From IMG/VR virus record IMGVR_UViG_3300010236_000015: a DNA stretch of 23,936 bases; one strand, given 5' to 3'. The position numbers and the translations under genes are program-made. The DNA comes from a virus. Positions 1 through 7,413 of this stretch are shown piece after piece (within the stretch, counting starts at the first letter, position 1; every line of letters begins with the position of its first letter). The notes under the pieces were generated by a model. It was not told the DNA's origin and searched no databases. It was given only the letters and a program-made list of their open reading frames with translations.

Positions 1-1
1 C

Positions 2-256
2 GCTGGCTACGCCAATACGACGGCCTCCTACAACTCGTTCTTCGGCCAGTCCGCTGGCTCCAACAATACGACGGGCTCCTACAACTCGTTCTTCGGCCAG
101 AACGCTGGCTCCAGCAATACGGAGGGCGAAAGAAACGCATTCTTCGGCCATGCCGCTGGCGTCGCCAATACGACGGGCCACTCCAACGCGTTCTTCGGCC
201 AGAACGCTGGCTCCAACAATACGACGGGCACAAATCTTATATGTGTCGGCTACTAT
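2..256 (+). repeat. Five in-frame 51-nt (17-aa) tandem repeats
   Basis: Units begin gctggc at 2, 53, 104, 155 and 206; units 1, 2 and 5 share long near-identical stretches. Confidence 0.9.
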
Positions 257-664
257 GCGCAGGCTTCAGCCGTCGACGCAACGAACGAAGTCACGCTCGG
301 AAACAGCAGCGTAACTACCCTGCGATGCAATACGCAGACGATCACCTCCCTCTCCGACCGAAGAGATAAGACCGATATCGAGCCAATCCCGTTGGGGCTG
401 GACTTCATCCGGGATCTGAAACCGTCACGATGGATCTGGAATTGCAGAGACGGGTCCAGAGTCGGAGACGAGGATACAGGGTTTATCGCACAGGATCTCG
501 ATGATGCTCAACAGATGCACGGCTACGAGATACCCGGTCTCGTCTTCAAGCCGAATGATGATAGGTGGGAAGCAAGTTCCGGCAAATTGCTAACCGTGGC
601 AATCAAAGCGATCCAGGAACTAGCCGCGAAAGTAGACATGCTGGAGGCACAAATCGATGCTTGA
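2..664 (+). CDS. Fibre/spike protein, 5'-truncated, with 17-aa repeats and C-terminal intramolecular chaperone (peptidase S74-like)
   Basis: Frame 2 is open from base 2: AGYANTTASYNSFFGQS-type repeats, then TITSLSDRRDKTDIEPIPLGLDFIRDLKPSRWIWN (S74 cleavage/chaperone motif) and a coiled-coil tail LLTVAIKAIQELAAKVDMLEAQI. The track ORF 392-664 is only its 3' part. Confidence 0.85.
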   Translation, partial: AGYANTTASYNSFFGQSAGSNNTTGSYNSFFGQNAGSSNTEGERNAFFGHAAGVANTTGHSNAFFGQNAGSNNTTGTNLICVGYYAQASAVDATNEVTLGNSSVTTLRCNTQTITSLSDRRDKTDIEPIPLGLDFIRDLKPSRWIWNCRDGSRVGDEDTGFIAQDLDDAQQMHGYEIPGLVFKPNDDRWEASSGKLLTVAIKAIQELAAKVDMLEAQIDA

Positions 665-866
665 AATTTCCGAGAAAATCCAGATAGTGGAACAGCTTTT
701 GAAAAATTACGAAGCTGATAGGTACCGTGCGGAGCTCAATCTGGCGATCGCCGAATCGGCCGGGGTGGACGACCTGATCCAATTGCATGGCAACCAGGCG
801 GCCGTATTGAGGCAGGCAGTCGAAATATTGGCAGCCGAACTGGCCGCGATGGAGGGCAAAAAATGA
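657..866 (+). CDS. Small helical phage protein downstream of the fibre gene
   Basis: Overlaps the fibre stop; 69 aa, amphipathic helix; ATGA overlap with the next gene. Confidence 0.6.
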   Translation: MLEISEKIQIVEQLLKNYEADRYRAELNLAIAESAGVDDLIQLHGNQAAVLRQAVEILAAELAAMEGKK

Positions 867-1138
867 CCGAAATTATCACATGGGATTCGAACGACGCCGA
901 GGAAGATATCACGAAAAAACGGGTGCGGATCGAGAAGCCCATCGTCGAGAAAACGTCTCTCGCCAGGATCGATGACGAGATCGCGATGCTAGACAGGGAT
1001 ATTCAATGGGCCACCGCCCGGAAAGCGGATCTCGTTGCGAAGCGTGACCGGATTTTGGGGGCATTGGCAATCGCGCCCGAACGGGATCTGAGGGCGGAAG
1101 CCGCGGAATTGGCCCCGCCACCTGATCCAGAACTATAG
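863..1138 (+). CDS. Hypothetical coiled-coil protein
   Basis: 91 aa, translationally coupled; ends at a convergent TAG/TAG junction. Confidence 0.6.
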   Translation: MTEIITWDSNDAEEDITKKRVRIEKPIVEKTSLARIDDEIAMLDRDIQWATARKADLVAKRDRILGALAIAPERDLRAEAAELAPPPDPEL

Positions 1139-1261
1139 GCGCAGTGTCGCCCCGTCGTTCAGCGTTACGACGCCGTCCCTGGTGACGTTGTACCCGTGGC
1201 CGATGCCGAGGACGACGACCGCCTCCTCCAGGGCGAGGCCCTCGATACGATCCAGAGGGAT
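1133..1261 (-). other. 42-codon coding-like segment in frame after the TAG of the LITAF-like gene
   Basis: IPLDRIEGLALEEAVVVLGIGHGYNVTRDGVVTLNDGATLRL*; 36 of 42 codons end in G/C; no ATG/GTG/TTG start of its own (first codon ATC). Confidence 0.45.
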
Positions 1262-1474
1262 CTATGTCGCCGCCTCCCCGCTCGCCACTTTCGCCACGAC
1301 GCGACTATTCAGGTCCCGGCCGCATTCGGTGCATCGGTCCGGGGCTTTCGTCGCCCATCGGAGCACGTAGAGGCCGCCGGGCAGGAGGCCGAAGAGTGAG
1401 AGGCCGATCATCCAGCACCAGGAGAAATGCTTCCTCCCAATCGTCTTTTCTCCGCAGTGGGGACAGACGGGCAT
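1262..1474 (-). CDS. LITAF-like zinc-ribbon membrane protein
   Basis: CPHC, a hydrophobic hairpin (WMIGLSLFGLLPGGLYVL), then CTEC; TGATG-coupled to bet. Confidence 0.6.
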   Translation of the reverse strand: MPVCPHCGEKTIGRKHFSWCWMIGLSLFGLLPGGLYVLRWATKAPDRCTECGRDLNSRVVAKVASGEAAT

Positions 1475-2373
1475 CAGCTCACCACCTCGCCCTCTACATC
1501 GATGGCGTCCCGGAACTCCGACGAGTCATAGCAACCCGACAAGTCCGAGGGGAACGCCTCTCTCATCGCTTGGACGAGGGGGACCTTTCGGATCATCGTC
1601 GCTTTGTGCGTCCTCCAGGGGCCGTCTTTCCCGCTGTCGTAGTCCTTCAATGCCACCTCCGCCCTGACGGGATGATCTCTATCCTTCCGGAACACCTCCG
1701 CCCACCCGCCGAGAAGCTCCTCGTCCTTCCGGACGAATGAGCCTTCCCGATAGATCAGAGAGCCCTCGCCGTCGTCTACGATGACTCCAGCCTTGAATCC
1801 TTTGTACTGAGGGTGGAGTTCCGCCTTCCGCATGAAAGCCTCTTTTCCGACTACCATCTGAGCCTTTGCCCCGTACTTGATCAGGTATGCCTCGTTGGTG
1901 AACGGGTTAAGGTTCCTCGCCTGGCATAGCTTCAGGAACATGAAAGCCTCCTGATCGGTGGCGGCGGGACAGATATAGTCCTTGATGTCACCGAGCGATA
2001 GCTCCGCCACCTGGATATCCCGCATCGGGGCGGACCGAACGACGATCGCTTTGGGGGGCGGTGTCGCCGATGTACCCGACATGCGATACTCTTTTTTGGG
2101 CGGCGGGGAGGGCGGCGGGGAGGGCGTCTCCAAAGCTTTCCTCAGGGTCTCGATCCAGGGCCGGTCGAGCTTCGTCATTATCTCGCCCGTCTCGGCGTCT
2201 ACATAGACGTGACCCTTCCCCGGTTCGTTGATGCTGATGCAGTCGGGGAGCCCGGAGTCGTTCAGTGATCCGGTCCAGTCTTCGGGTTTGGGTTTTACAT
2301 TATCCGTCGCCAGTTCGGAGCCGTACTCTTTGTTTGCGGCTTCGATAAATGCGTCTACTTTTTTTGCTATCAT
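1474..2373 (-). CDS. bet: Phage recombination protein Bet/RecT (single-strand annealing), with N-terminal extension
   Basis: ATDQEAFMFLKLCQARNLNPFTNEAYLIKY...GKEAFMRKA...LLGGWAEVFRKDR...WRTHKATMIRKVPLVQAMREAFP. Confidence 0.85.
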   Translation of the reverse strand: MIAKKVDAFIEAANKEYGSELATDNVKPKPEDWTGSLNDSGLPDCISINEPGKGHVYVDAETGEIMTKLDRPWIETLRKALETPSPPPSPPPKKEYRMSGTSATPPPKAIVVRSAPMRDIQVAELSLGDIKDYICPAATDQEAFMFLKLCQARNLNPFTNEAYLIKYGAKAQMVVGKEAFMRKAELHPQYKGFKAGVIVDDGEGSLIYREGSFVRKDEELLGGWAEVFRKDRDHPVRAEVALKDYDSGKDGPWRTHKATMIRKVPLVQAMREAFPSDLSGCYDSSEFRDAIDVEGEVVS

Positions 2374-2374
2374 G

Positions 2375-2794
2375 TTACTCCTCCAGCTTCCGGGCGATCG
2401 TCGCCTGTGGAACCTTCGTGATCGTCACGAAGTCGGGCCGGATCGATTTTGCCGCCCGCTCGAAGTCGGTTTTTTTCAGGGACAGCAGCCCCCGGTGGCC
2501 GTGGCCGACCGCCCAGTCGATTGCCAGGATATCGTCATAGTCCACCTTTTCGACCTCCCGTATCCCGACGCCGGGCGCGGGCCTCTTGTTGCCCGTCTCC
2601 TGGAATACGGAGACTGCGGCGGCGCGGATCTTCTCCTCCATCTCGTCGACGAGGTCTCCGGCGACGGATGCCGCCAGGATCTTCCCGGCGTTCTCGTCCA
2701 TCCATGCCTCCCGGGAGGTCTTGATCTCCTCGTCGATCTCAGCCTTCTTGCGGCGGAGTTCCGCCAGCCTTTTGATATCTTCTTCCAGGGTCAT
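2375..2794 (-). CDS. Mu Gam-like / Gp157-like protein
   Basis: N-terminal coiled coil plus GVGIREVEKVDYDD..AIDWA...LLSLKKTDFERAAK; adjacent to bet. Confidence 0.45.
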   Translation of the reverse strand: MTLEEDIKRLAELRRKKAEIDEEIKTSREAWMDENAGKILAASVAGDLVDEMEEKIRAAAVSVFQETGNKRPAPGVGIREVEKVDYDDILAIDWAVGHGHRGLLSLKKTDFERAAKSIRPDFVTITKVPQATIARKLEE

Positions 2795-2931
2795 TTCTCC
2801 ACCTTCTCTATCGTCACTCTCACCACGTCCTGATTTTTGAGGCCCTGCACTTCCGCCGTGGCGGTGGGTACGTTGATGGAGAAGACTTTGCCCCCACCGC
2901 CGTATACCTTCGCCTCGAATGAGCTTTGCAT
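2791..2931 (-). CDS. Small AbrB/SpoVT-like DNA-binding protein (46 aa)
   Basis: MQSSFEAKVYGGGGKVFSINVPTATAEVQGLKNQDVVRVTIEKVEK; ATG at 2931 lies about 25 nt from the TATA box. The track ORF 2791-3201 is over-extended. Confidence 0.55.
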   Translation of the reverse strand: MQSSFEAKVYGGGGKVFSINVPTATAEVQGLKNQDVVRVTIEKVEK

Positions 2932-2942
2932 AGTTCTAGGTA

Positions 2943-2970
2943 TACCCAAAAGTATATAAGCTTTGGGGTA
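2943..2970. promoter_or_regulatory. Bidirectional TATA box inside a 10-bp inverted repeat
   Basis: tacccaaaag-TATATAAG-ctttggggta (arms 9/10 complementary); ATGs at 2931 (-) and 2983 (+) are equidistant. Confidence 0.7.
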
Positions 2971-2982
2971 GTATGGAAGGCC

Positions 2983-3261
2983 ATGGCGACATTCGAGGCG
3001 ATGAAATATCGGACGCACCGGATGCCTCACGGCGTCGGCGAGCCGATGCGAAACGCGATCGACATGATGAGCCGCCTGGCCGAGACAGAGGCCGGGGATG
3101 CAAGGACGCTGGAGGCCCTGCGGGGGCTGACCGAAGCTATGATCGGCATGATGGCCGTATTTGAAGCGATCGAGGGCACGCTCAAGGCAGAGCCGGGCCA
3201 CCCGAACTATGACGAACTCGACCGGGAATCAAGCCGCCTGTGCCGCATCCTGGGGTACTGA
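2983..3261 (+). CDS. Hypothetical helical protein (92 aa)
   Basis: ATG 2983 is 26 nt from the TATA centre; 3' part of track ORF 2926-3261. Confidence 0.6.
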   Translation: MATFEAMKYRTHRMPHGVGEPMRNAIDMMSRLAETEAGDARTLEALRGLTEAMIGMMAVFEAIEGTLKAEPGHPNYDELDRESSRLCRILGY

Positions 3262-3327
3262 AATGATATTCGACTACGACGGCCTCAAGCTGCGGCCCGT
3301 GTTCGTGGTGACGCGGGGGGATCTGTG

Positions 3328-4068
3328 ATGGTCCCGCCACCCATCACCCTCCGGATCTCGCCGAACGAAAGGGCGACGGCCCCGGAACGATTCGATCTAT
3401 GCGTCATGGAGGCGACTCGCCGGGGATTTGAGGTCGTCCCGGACGCCGGGGCCGAGGTGGATCTCGTCCTCTCCCTGGAAGATCGGACTCTCGGCATAGA
3501 TTTGAAAATGCCCCAGGATCTCATAGGAAGCCTCCAGAACGGTCATCTAGCCGAACAAAGGCGAGGATGCACCTACCCCCTCAGAATCGCCGTAATGGGC
3601 TCTCTGGGCGACGTGATGAGAGCCCTGCCAACGGTGACGGGGAAAGGCTGGCGTAATCCCAGGGAGCGGGCCCAAGCAGAGGGGATGGTCCACCGGGGGA
3701 TCGATGCCCTGCAGGCGTCGGGCGTCGAGGTAGATTTCGGGATGTCGCCTCTGGACTTCGTAAATTTCTCAGACGAGAACTCGATGGCATTCCAGCACAT
3801 CGACGACGCTCTCCGGGCCAACGTCTCGCAGGTCATGAGGCGGGCCGAGTACATCCTCAGATCGAAGATCGATCTCCCTCGCGCCCGGTGCGAGAATACT
3901 CTGGCCGCCATGTGGCAATGTTTCCCCGGAATTGGCGCCGAAAAAGCAAAGATTCTCATTTCACATGGGGTAAAGTTTGAAATCGTACCCCGTGAATTCG
4001 ATATTTCATCGATACCAGGATTCGGAAAAGCCACGGTGGAAAAAATCTTAAAGGCCCTCGACGGATGA
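3328..4068 (+). CDS. ERCC4/XPF-like structure-specific nuclease with C-terminal HhH motifs
   Basis: DLVL...GIDLKMPQDLIGSLQNGHLAEQ (ERCC4-type core, D-x-K in place of ERK); HhH motifs FPGIGAEKAKIL and IPGFGKATVEKIL. Start is GTG 3325 or ATG 3328. Confidence 0.7.
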   Translation: MVPPPITLRISPNERATAPERFDLCVMEATRRGFEVVPDAGAEVDLVLSLEDRTLGIDLKMPQDLIGSLQNGHLAEQRRGCTYPLRIAVMGSLGDVMRALPTVTGKGWRNPRERAQAEGMVHRGIDALQASGVEVDFGMSPLDFVNFSDENSMAFQHIDDALRANVSQVMRRAEYILRSKIDLPRARCENTLAAMWQCFPGIGAEKAKILISHGVKFEIVPREFDISSIPGFGKATVEKILKALDG

Positions 4069-4124
4069 GGGCTCCATTTCTCTTTTCGGGATGGATCTCG
4101 GCGAAAGCGTAGCAGTGGCGGCGG

Positions 4125-4292
4125 TCATGGGGTGGCCTCTGCCGGCATCAGGTTTTTTTCCTCCACCATCGAGATTGTCCCATCGGCCCACTTGACTCGG
4201 ACCCCTCCAGGACGACAGATGAAGAGTATCTTTACATTTTCCCAGGCCGCGAAGGTCACTCCCTGGATGTGGTGATAGACCTTGACCCGCAT
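4125..4292 (-). CDS. Small beta-rich hypothetical protein
   Basis: MRVKVYHHIQGV...VRVKWADGTISMVEEKNL; SD-like gaaggcg upstream. Confidence 0.45.
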   Translation of the reverse strand: MRVKVYHHIQGVTFAAWENVKILFICRPGGVRVKWADGTISMVEEKNLMPAEATP

Positions 4293-4314
4293 TGTGTCGC
4301 CTTCTTTCACGCCA

Positions 4315-4497
4315 TCACCTCGCGCCGGGGTCTCCGGCGCCCTTCTTCGGCGCGTCTCCCAATCTTGTGCCCCTCCCGGCGATCTCCACCAGGATCATCG
4401 CCGCCAGATTATCCCTCGCTCCTCTGGCGTTGCCCGCCGCCGCGTGGTGCTGGACGGTGGCGGCATAGGCGGCGACGAGGTTGCGGCGGGGGATCAT
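4315..4497 (-). CDS. Hypothetical protein
   Basis: ATGA-coupled to the upstream RHH gene; 60 aa. Confidence 0.4.
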   Translation of the reverse strand: MIPRRNLVAAYAATVQHHAAAGNARGARDNLAAMILVEIAGRGTRLGDAPKKGAGDPGAR

Positions 4498-4643
4498 TTC
4501 TCCTCCCTCTCCAGGCCGTCCAGGATGTACTCCCTGGCGACTTCGGACATCGGTTTCCCCTTCCCTCTCGCCACGGCCTCAAGCTCAGCCCTCGCATACG
4601 GCGTCAACTTGACGGCGACGCCATCTGTCAGTCTTTCAGACAT
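4494..4643 (-). CDS. Ribbon-helix-helix (CopG-like) regulator, 49 aa
   Basis: Not in the ORF track. Hand translation: MSERLTDGVAVKLTPYARAELEAVARGKGKPMSEVAREYILDGLEREEK; AT-rich promoter-like region upstream. Confidence 0.7.
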   Translation of the reverse strand: MSERLTDGVAVKLTPYARAELEAVARGKGKPMSEVAREYILDGLEREEK

Positions 4644-4699
4644 GCCACCATCTATCTATCTGATCATATATCTATCTTTCCCTCTATCTTAACCACAAA

Positions 4700-4894
4700 C
4701 TATTTATCATCATAGGATAAGCTTAGTCCATCGGATCGGGCGCGGCGCGATAAGCTCCCTGAAGAATCACTCCCTTCATTGCTTCGCCGTAGCTCGATTC
4801 GCGTTCGGCCTCGATGTCCATTATAAATCCATGCTGGACCAAGCTCTGATAAACACCCGTCGGGGCCGACGAACTCATAATGATGGAGCGCCAT
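4700..4894 (-). CDS. Hypothetical protein (frame ambiguous with 4723-4932)
   Basis: Good SD (aaggaggg) 6-7 nt before ATG 4894; the competing overlapping frame also looks protein-like. Confidence 0.3.
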   Translation of the reverse strand: MALHHYEFVGPDGCLSELGPAWIYNGHRGRTRIELRRSNEGSDSSGSLSRRARSDGLSLSYDDK

Positions 4895-4970
4895 AGAACG
4901 CCCTCCTTTACCTGGCGGCGCGGAGATGCCAACCGGGCCGCCTCATCTCTCTCTTTTCTTCGACCGTTAT

Positions 4971-5001
4971 CTTTATATCCTATATGGTACTATATAGTAC
5001 T
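4971..5001. promoter_or_regulatory. TATA box and 14-bp palindromic operator upstream of the csf operon
   Basis: CTTTATAT at 4971-4978, ATG at 5002; perfect palindrome GTACTATATAGTAC at 4987-5000. Confidence 0.65.
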
Positions 5002-5163
5002 ATGTCGAAAGAGTCTTTGGTACGGCTCCGGCTCGTCGAAAAGCGTATCGACGAGGTCCGGGCGAGATACGACCGGACGGGCGAGCTCTGCGATTTGGCG
5101 GCGCTCCGGGAAAGAATCAAGGAGCACCGAGCCCTCCGGGGCATCCCTTACGAGGCCCCCTGA
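5002..5163 (+). CDS. Small helical protein (53 aa), first gene of the csf operon
   Basis: Hand translation MSKESLVRLRLVEKRIDEVRARYDRTGELCDLAALRERIKEHRALRGIPYEAP; TGATG overlap with the next gene. Confidence 0.6.
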   Translation: MSKESLVRLRLVEKRIDEVRARYDRTGELCDLAALRERIKEHRALRGIPYEAP

Positions 5164-5456
5164 TGGCTGCTCCGAAGAGGCCCTATGTCTCCCCAGAGAC
5201 ACTGGAACGGCTCGCCGATCTCCGTCGCCGGATGAGCGCCACCGAGGGGCGACAGGTGACTACGGACGAGACCGTGGCCCGGCTGATCGACGCAGCCGAG
5301 GGGAAGACCACCGGCGCGGCGGAACTCTTCGCCCATCCGAAAGGGATGCAGTTCACGGTCAGCATCGGCATCCCGGAGGTGCGGATTGCCGGGGCCGCCG
5401 ATCCCGAACGGGAGGCGCGGCGGGCGATGATCGAGTGGCTGGAGGCGCAGGGATGA
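5163..5456 (+). CDS. RHH-like regulator with C-terminal extension
   Basis: PYVSPETLERLADLRRRM...TTDETVARLIDAA fits the archaeal RHH pattern; coupled to csf1 by ATGA. Confidence 0.5.
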   Translation: MAAPKRPYVSPETLERLADLRRRMSATEGRQVTTDETVARLIDAAEGKTTGAAELFAHPKGMQFTVSIGIPEVRIAGAADPEREARRAMIEWLEAQG

Positions 5457-6169
5457 ACTCGCTCCCCGAGCTCATCTGCGCCGCTCGCAACATCGTCCCG
5501 CCCGAGGGTGACCTGGCGGGCCAGTGCGTCTTTTGTGGCCGCTTCACCGAGTCCGGCCGCCCGGCGGCGATGTCGCCGGATTTCACGAACGCCCCCCAAC
5601 TTTCCGGGGGAGACGTCATCTGCCCCTACTGCCAGCACATGCAGTCGGCAGAGATCCCCGGCGCGAAACAGAGCGCGGGCAAGCTCTATCGGGCGAACAT
5701 GTGGGTAGCGAGCCTCGAAGGGATGGCCGTCGTCCGGTTCCCTCGGAAAGAGAAGGAGGGCCAGGCCGAGCGGCGCGACATGAGCGCCGTCTTCACCCTC
5801 GGCGAGATGACGCCCCGCGAGGCCCTCCTCGAACCCCCGGAGCCGCCATTCGCCATCTACCTGACGAGGACCTGGAAGAAGAGCGGCTGGCAATCAATGG
5901 TCCGGGCGGGTGGCGGCGTCTCGATGTCGAGAGCCGTCTTCCTTTGCGGCTTCGATTACGATCCTGTGATGGTGGATCGGAAGCTCCTGGCCGAGTACCT
6001 CGCCGAGATCGACGGCCTCCGGGAGCAGAAGGTCTCGAAGACGGAGCTATCCTCCGGCCAGCTGGGGATCAGGTCCCTGGAACGAATTCATTTTGATGAA
6101 AATGTAGTGAGACGGTTGCGAGATGTTGCAAGTGACCCGCTCTGGTCGCTGGCCGTCTACGTGGCCTGA
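5453..6169 (+). CDS. csf1: Type IV-B large subunit Csf1 (Cas8-like)
   Basis: CVFCG...FTN...CPYC zinc motifs and LLEPPEPPFAIYL...KK.GW; true start ATG 5453 overlaps the upstream stop. Confidence 0.8.
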   Translation: MNSLPELICAARNIVPPEGDLAGQCVFCGRFTESGRPAAMSPDFTNAPQLSGGDVICPYCQHMQSAEIPGAKQSAGKLYRANMWVASLEGMAVVRFPRKEKEGQAERRDMSAVFTLGEMTPREALLEPPEPPFAIYLTRTWKKSGWQSMVRAGGGVSMSRAVFLCGFDYDPVMVDRKLLAEYLAEIDGLREQKVSKTELSSGQLGIRSLERIHFDENVVRRLRDVASDPLWSLAVYVA

Positions 6170-6181
6170 GAAGGCGAGTCC

Positions 6182-6544
6182 ATGGACGAGATAACGACCG
6201 ATCTGATGGCCGTCCTCATGGGGGCCTATCAGACGACGAGGGTGAAACTCCCTCGGAAGAGGCTGAAGGCTGACTGGTTCGCCAGCCAGCTCAAGATAGC
6301 GAGCCGAGCGGCCACCGTTCCGGCAGCGCTGGACATCCTCAGGAAGAGGACCGATCCGGCCTGGTGGGACTTCGATCCGCTCACCGTGGCGATGTTGGAT
6401 GAGAACCATCGGGGCGAGGTGCTCAGGAGGCTCCGCCAGGAGACGATGCTCCTCGCGGCCCTGGTGGCGGCGGAAGCGCAAAAAACCAAGATGCGAAAAG
6501 GTAGCAAGAGCCTGGAATCGTTTGGAGTAGGTGAGGGAGAATGA
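6182..6544 (+). CDS. cas11: Type IV-B small subunit (Cas11-like)
   Basis: 120-aa all-helical protein between csf1 and csf2; call rests on position and composition. Confidence 0.65.
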   Translation: MDEITTDLMAVLMGAYQTTRVKLPRKRLKADWFASQLKIASRAATVPAALDILRKRTDPAWWDFDPLTVAMLDENHRGEVLRRLRQETMLLAALVAAEAQKTKMRKGSKSLESFGVGEGE

Positions 6545-7413
6545 ACGTCGAAGTTTTGGAGGGGCTGCTGCACGTCATGAGCCCCGTAGTGAGCGGATCG
6601 GACGAACACACTGGAAACCATACCGACATCCGGAGGATTACGTTCTCCGTCGATGGCGCGCCGGTTGACATCCCAGTGATCAGCGGAAACAGCATCCGAG
6701 GCCAGCTCCGGAGGTTGGTCATGGCCGACATGCTGGAGCGCGTCGGGAAGATCCCGACCGGGCTCGACCTGGCCGAGATCGAGAAGATGGCGTCTCAGTC
6801 GAAAGGGTTCGCCCGCCTCTGGCATTCGCTATGCTCCGGCGGGATGTTGGAGCAGGTCGCCGAGAAAGACTCGGGGTACGTTGATCTCGCCATGAAGAGG
6901 TCAATCAGGACGGCTCTCCCGCCCGTATCCGTCCTGGGGACGGCGATCGGGAACCAGATGATCCAGGGGAAGATTGACGTGGCAATCGCCCGCCCCTGCT
7001 GCATCGAGCTGAAAGACGGCATCCCCGAGAAGTTCCGGCTGTTCTGCAGTCAGTCGTACCGCGAACTGGAAGGGACGACCTTCGGGACGAGGAAAGACGA
7101 CCTCCACGAAGAGCGGGACGAAGGCGACGCGGCTACCCAGATGCTCTACACCTACGACTACATCTCCCCCGGAGCGAAGCTCTATCACCGGCTCACGCTC
7201 GTCAACTGCAACGATATCGAGCGGGCGGTCGTCGGGAGGATGGTCCAGCTTTGGATGGCCCGCCCCCGGATCGGGGGGAAGGCTGGCACCGGCCACGGCG
7301 AGATATCCGTCGACTACGACAGCGTCCCAGACGACGCTCCCTGGACGGCCTGGATGGACGCCAACCGGACCAAGATCCTCGATATGCTGGCGGAACTGGA
7401 GGGGGGATCCTAA
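6541..7413 (+). CDS. csf2: Type IV Cas7-family backbone protein Csf2
   Basis: IPVISGNSIRGQLRR, LCSGGML, LPPVSVLGTAIGNQMIQGKI, and a C-terminal Gly-rich loop IGGKAGTGHG. Confidence 0.9.
   Translation: MNVEVLEGLLHVMSPVVSGSDEHTGNHTDIRRITFSVDGAPVDIPVISGNSIRGQLRRLVMADMLERVGKIPTGLDLAEIEKMASQSKGFARLWHSLCSGGMLEQVAEKDSGYVDLAMKRSIRTALPPVSVLGTAIGNQMIQGKIDVAIARPCCIELKDGIPEKFRLFCSQSYRELEGTTFGTRKDDLHEERDEGDAATQMLYTYDYISPGAKLYHRLTLVNCNDIERAVVGRMVQLWMARPRIGGKAGTGHGEISVDYDSVPDDAPWTAWMDANRTKILDMLAELEGGS

Noticed and set aside
2-256. Fibre repeats as a CRISPR array or DGR variable region
   Set aside because: In-frame 51-nt coding repeats with no spacers, no adenine-specific TR/VR pair and no reverse transcriptase
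4880-5452. N-terminal 190 aa of the 429-aa track ORF 4880-6169
   Set aside because: R/G-rich shadow of two real genes in other frames (5002-5163, 5163-5456); Csf1 starts at ATG 5453
7251-7412. TTG 7251 as the csf3 start
   Set aside because: Would overlap the conserved csf2 C-terminus by about 160 nt and encode low-complexity R/P/G sequence
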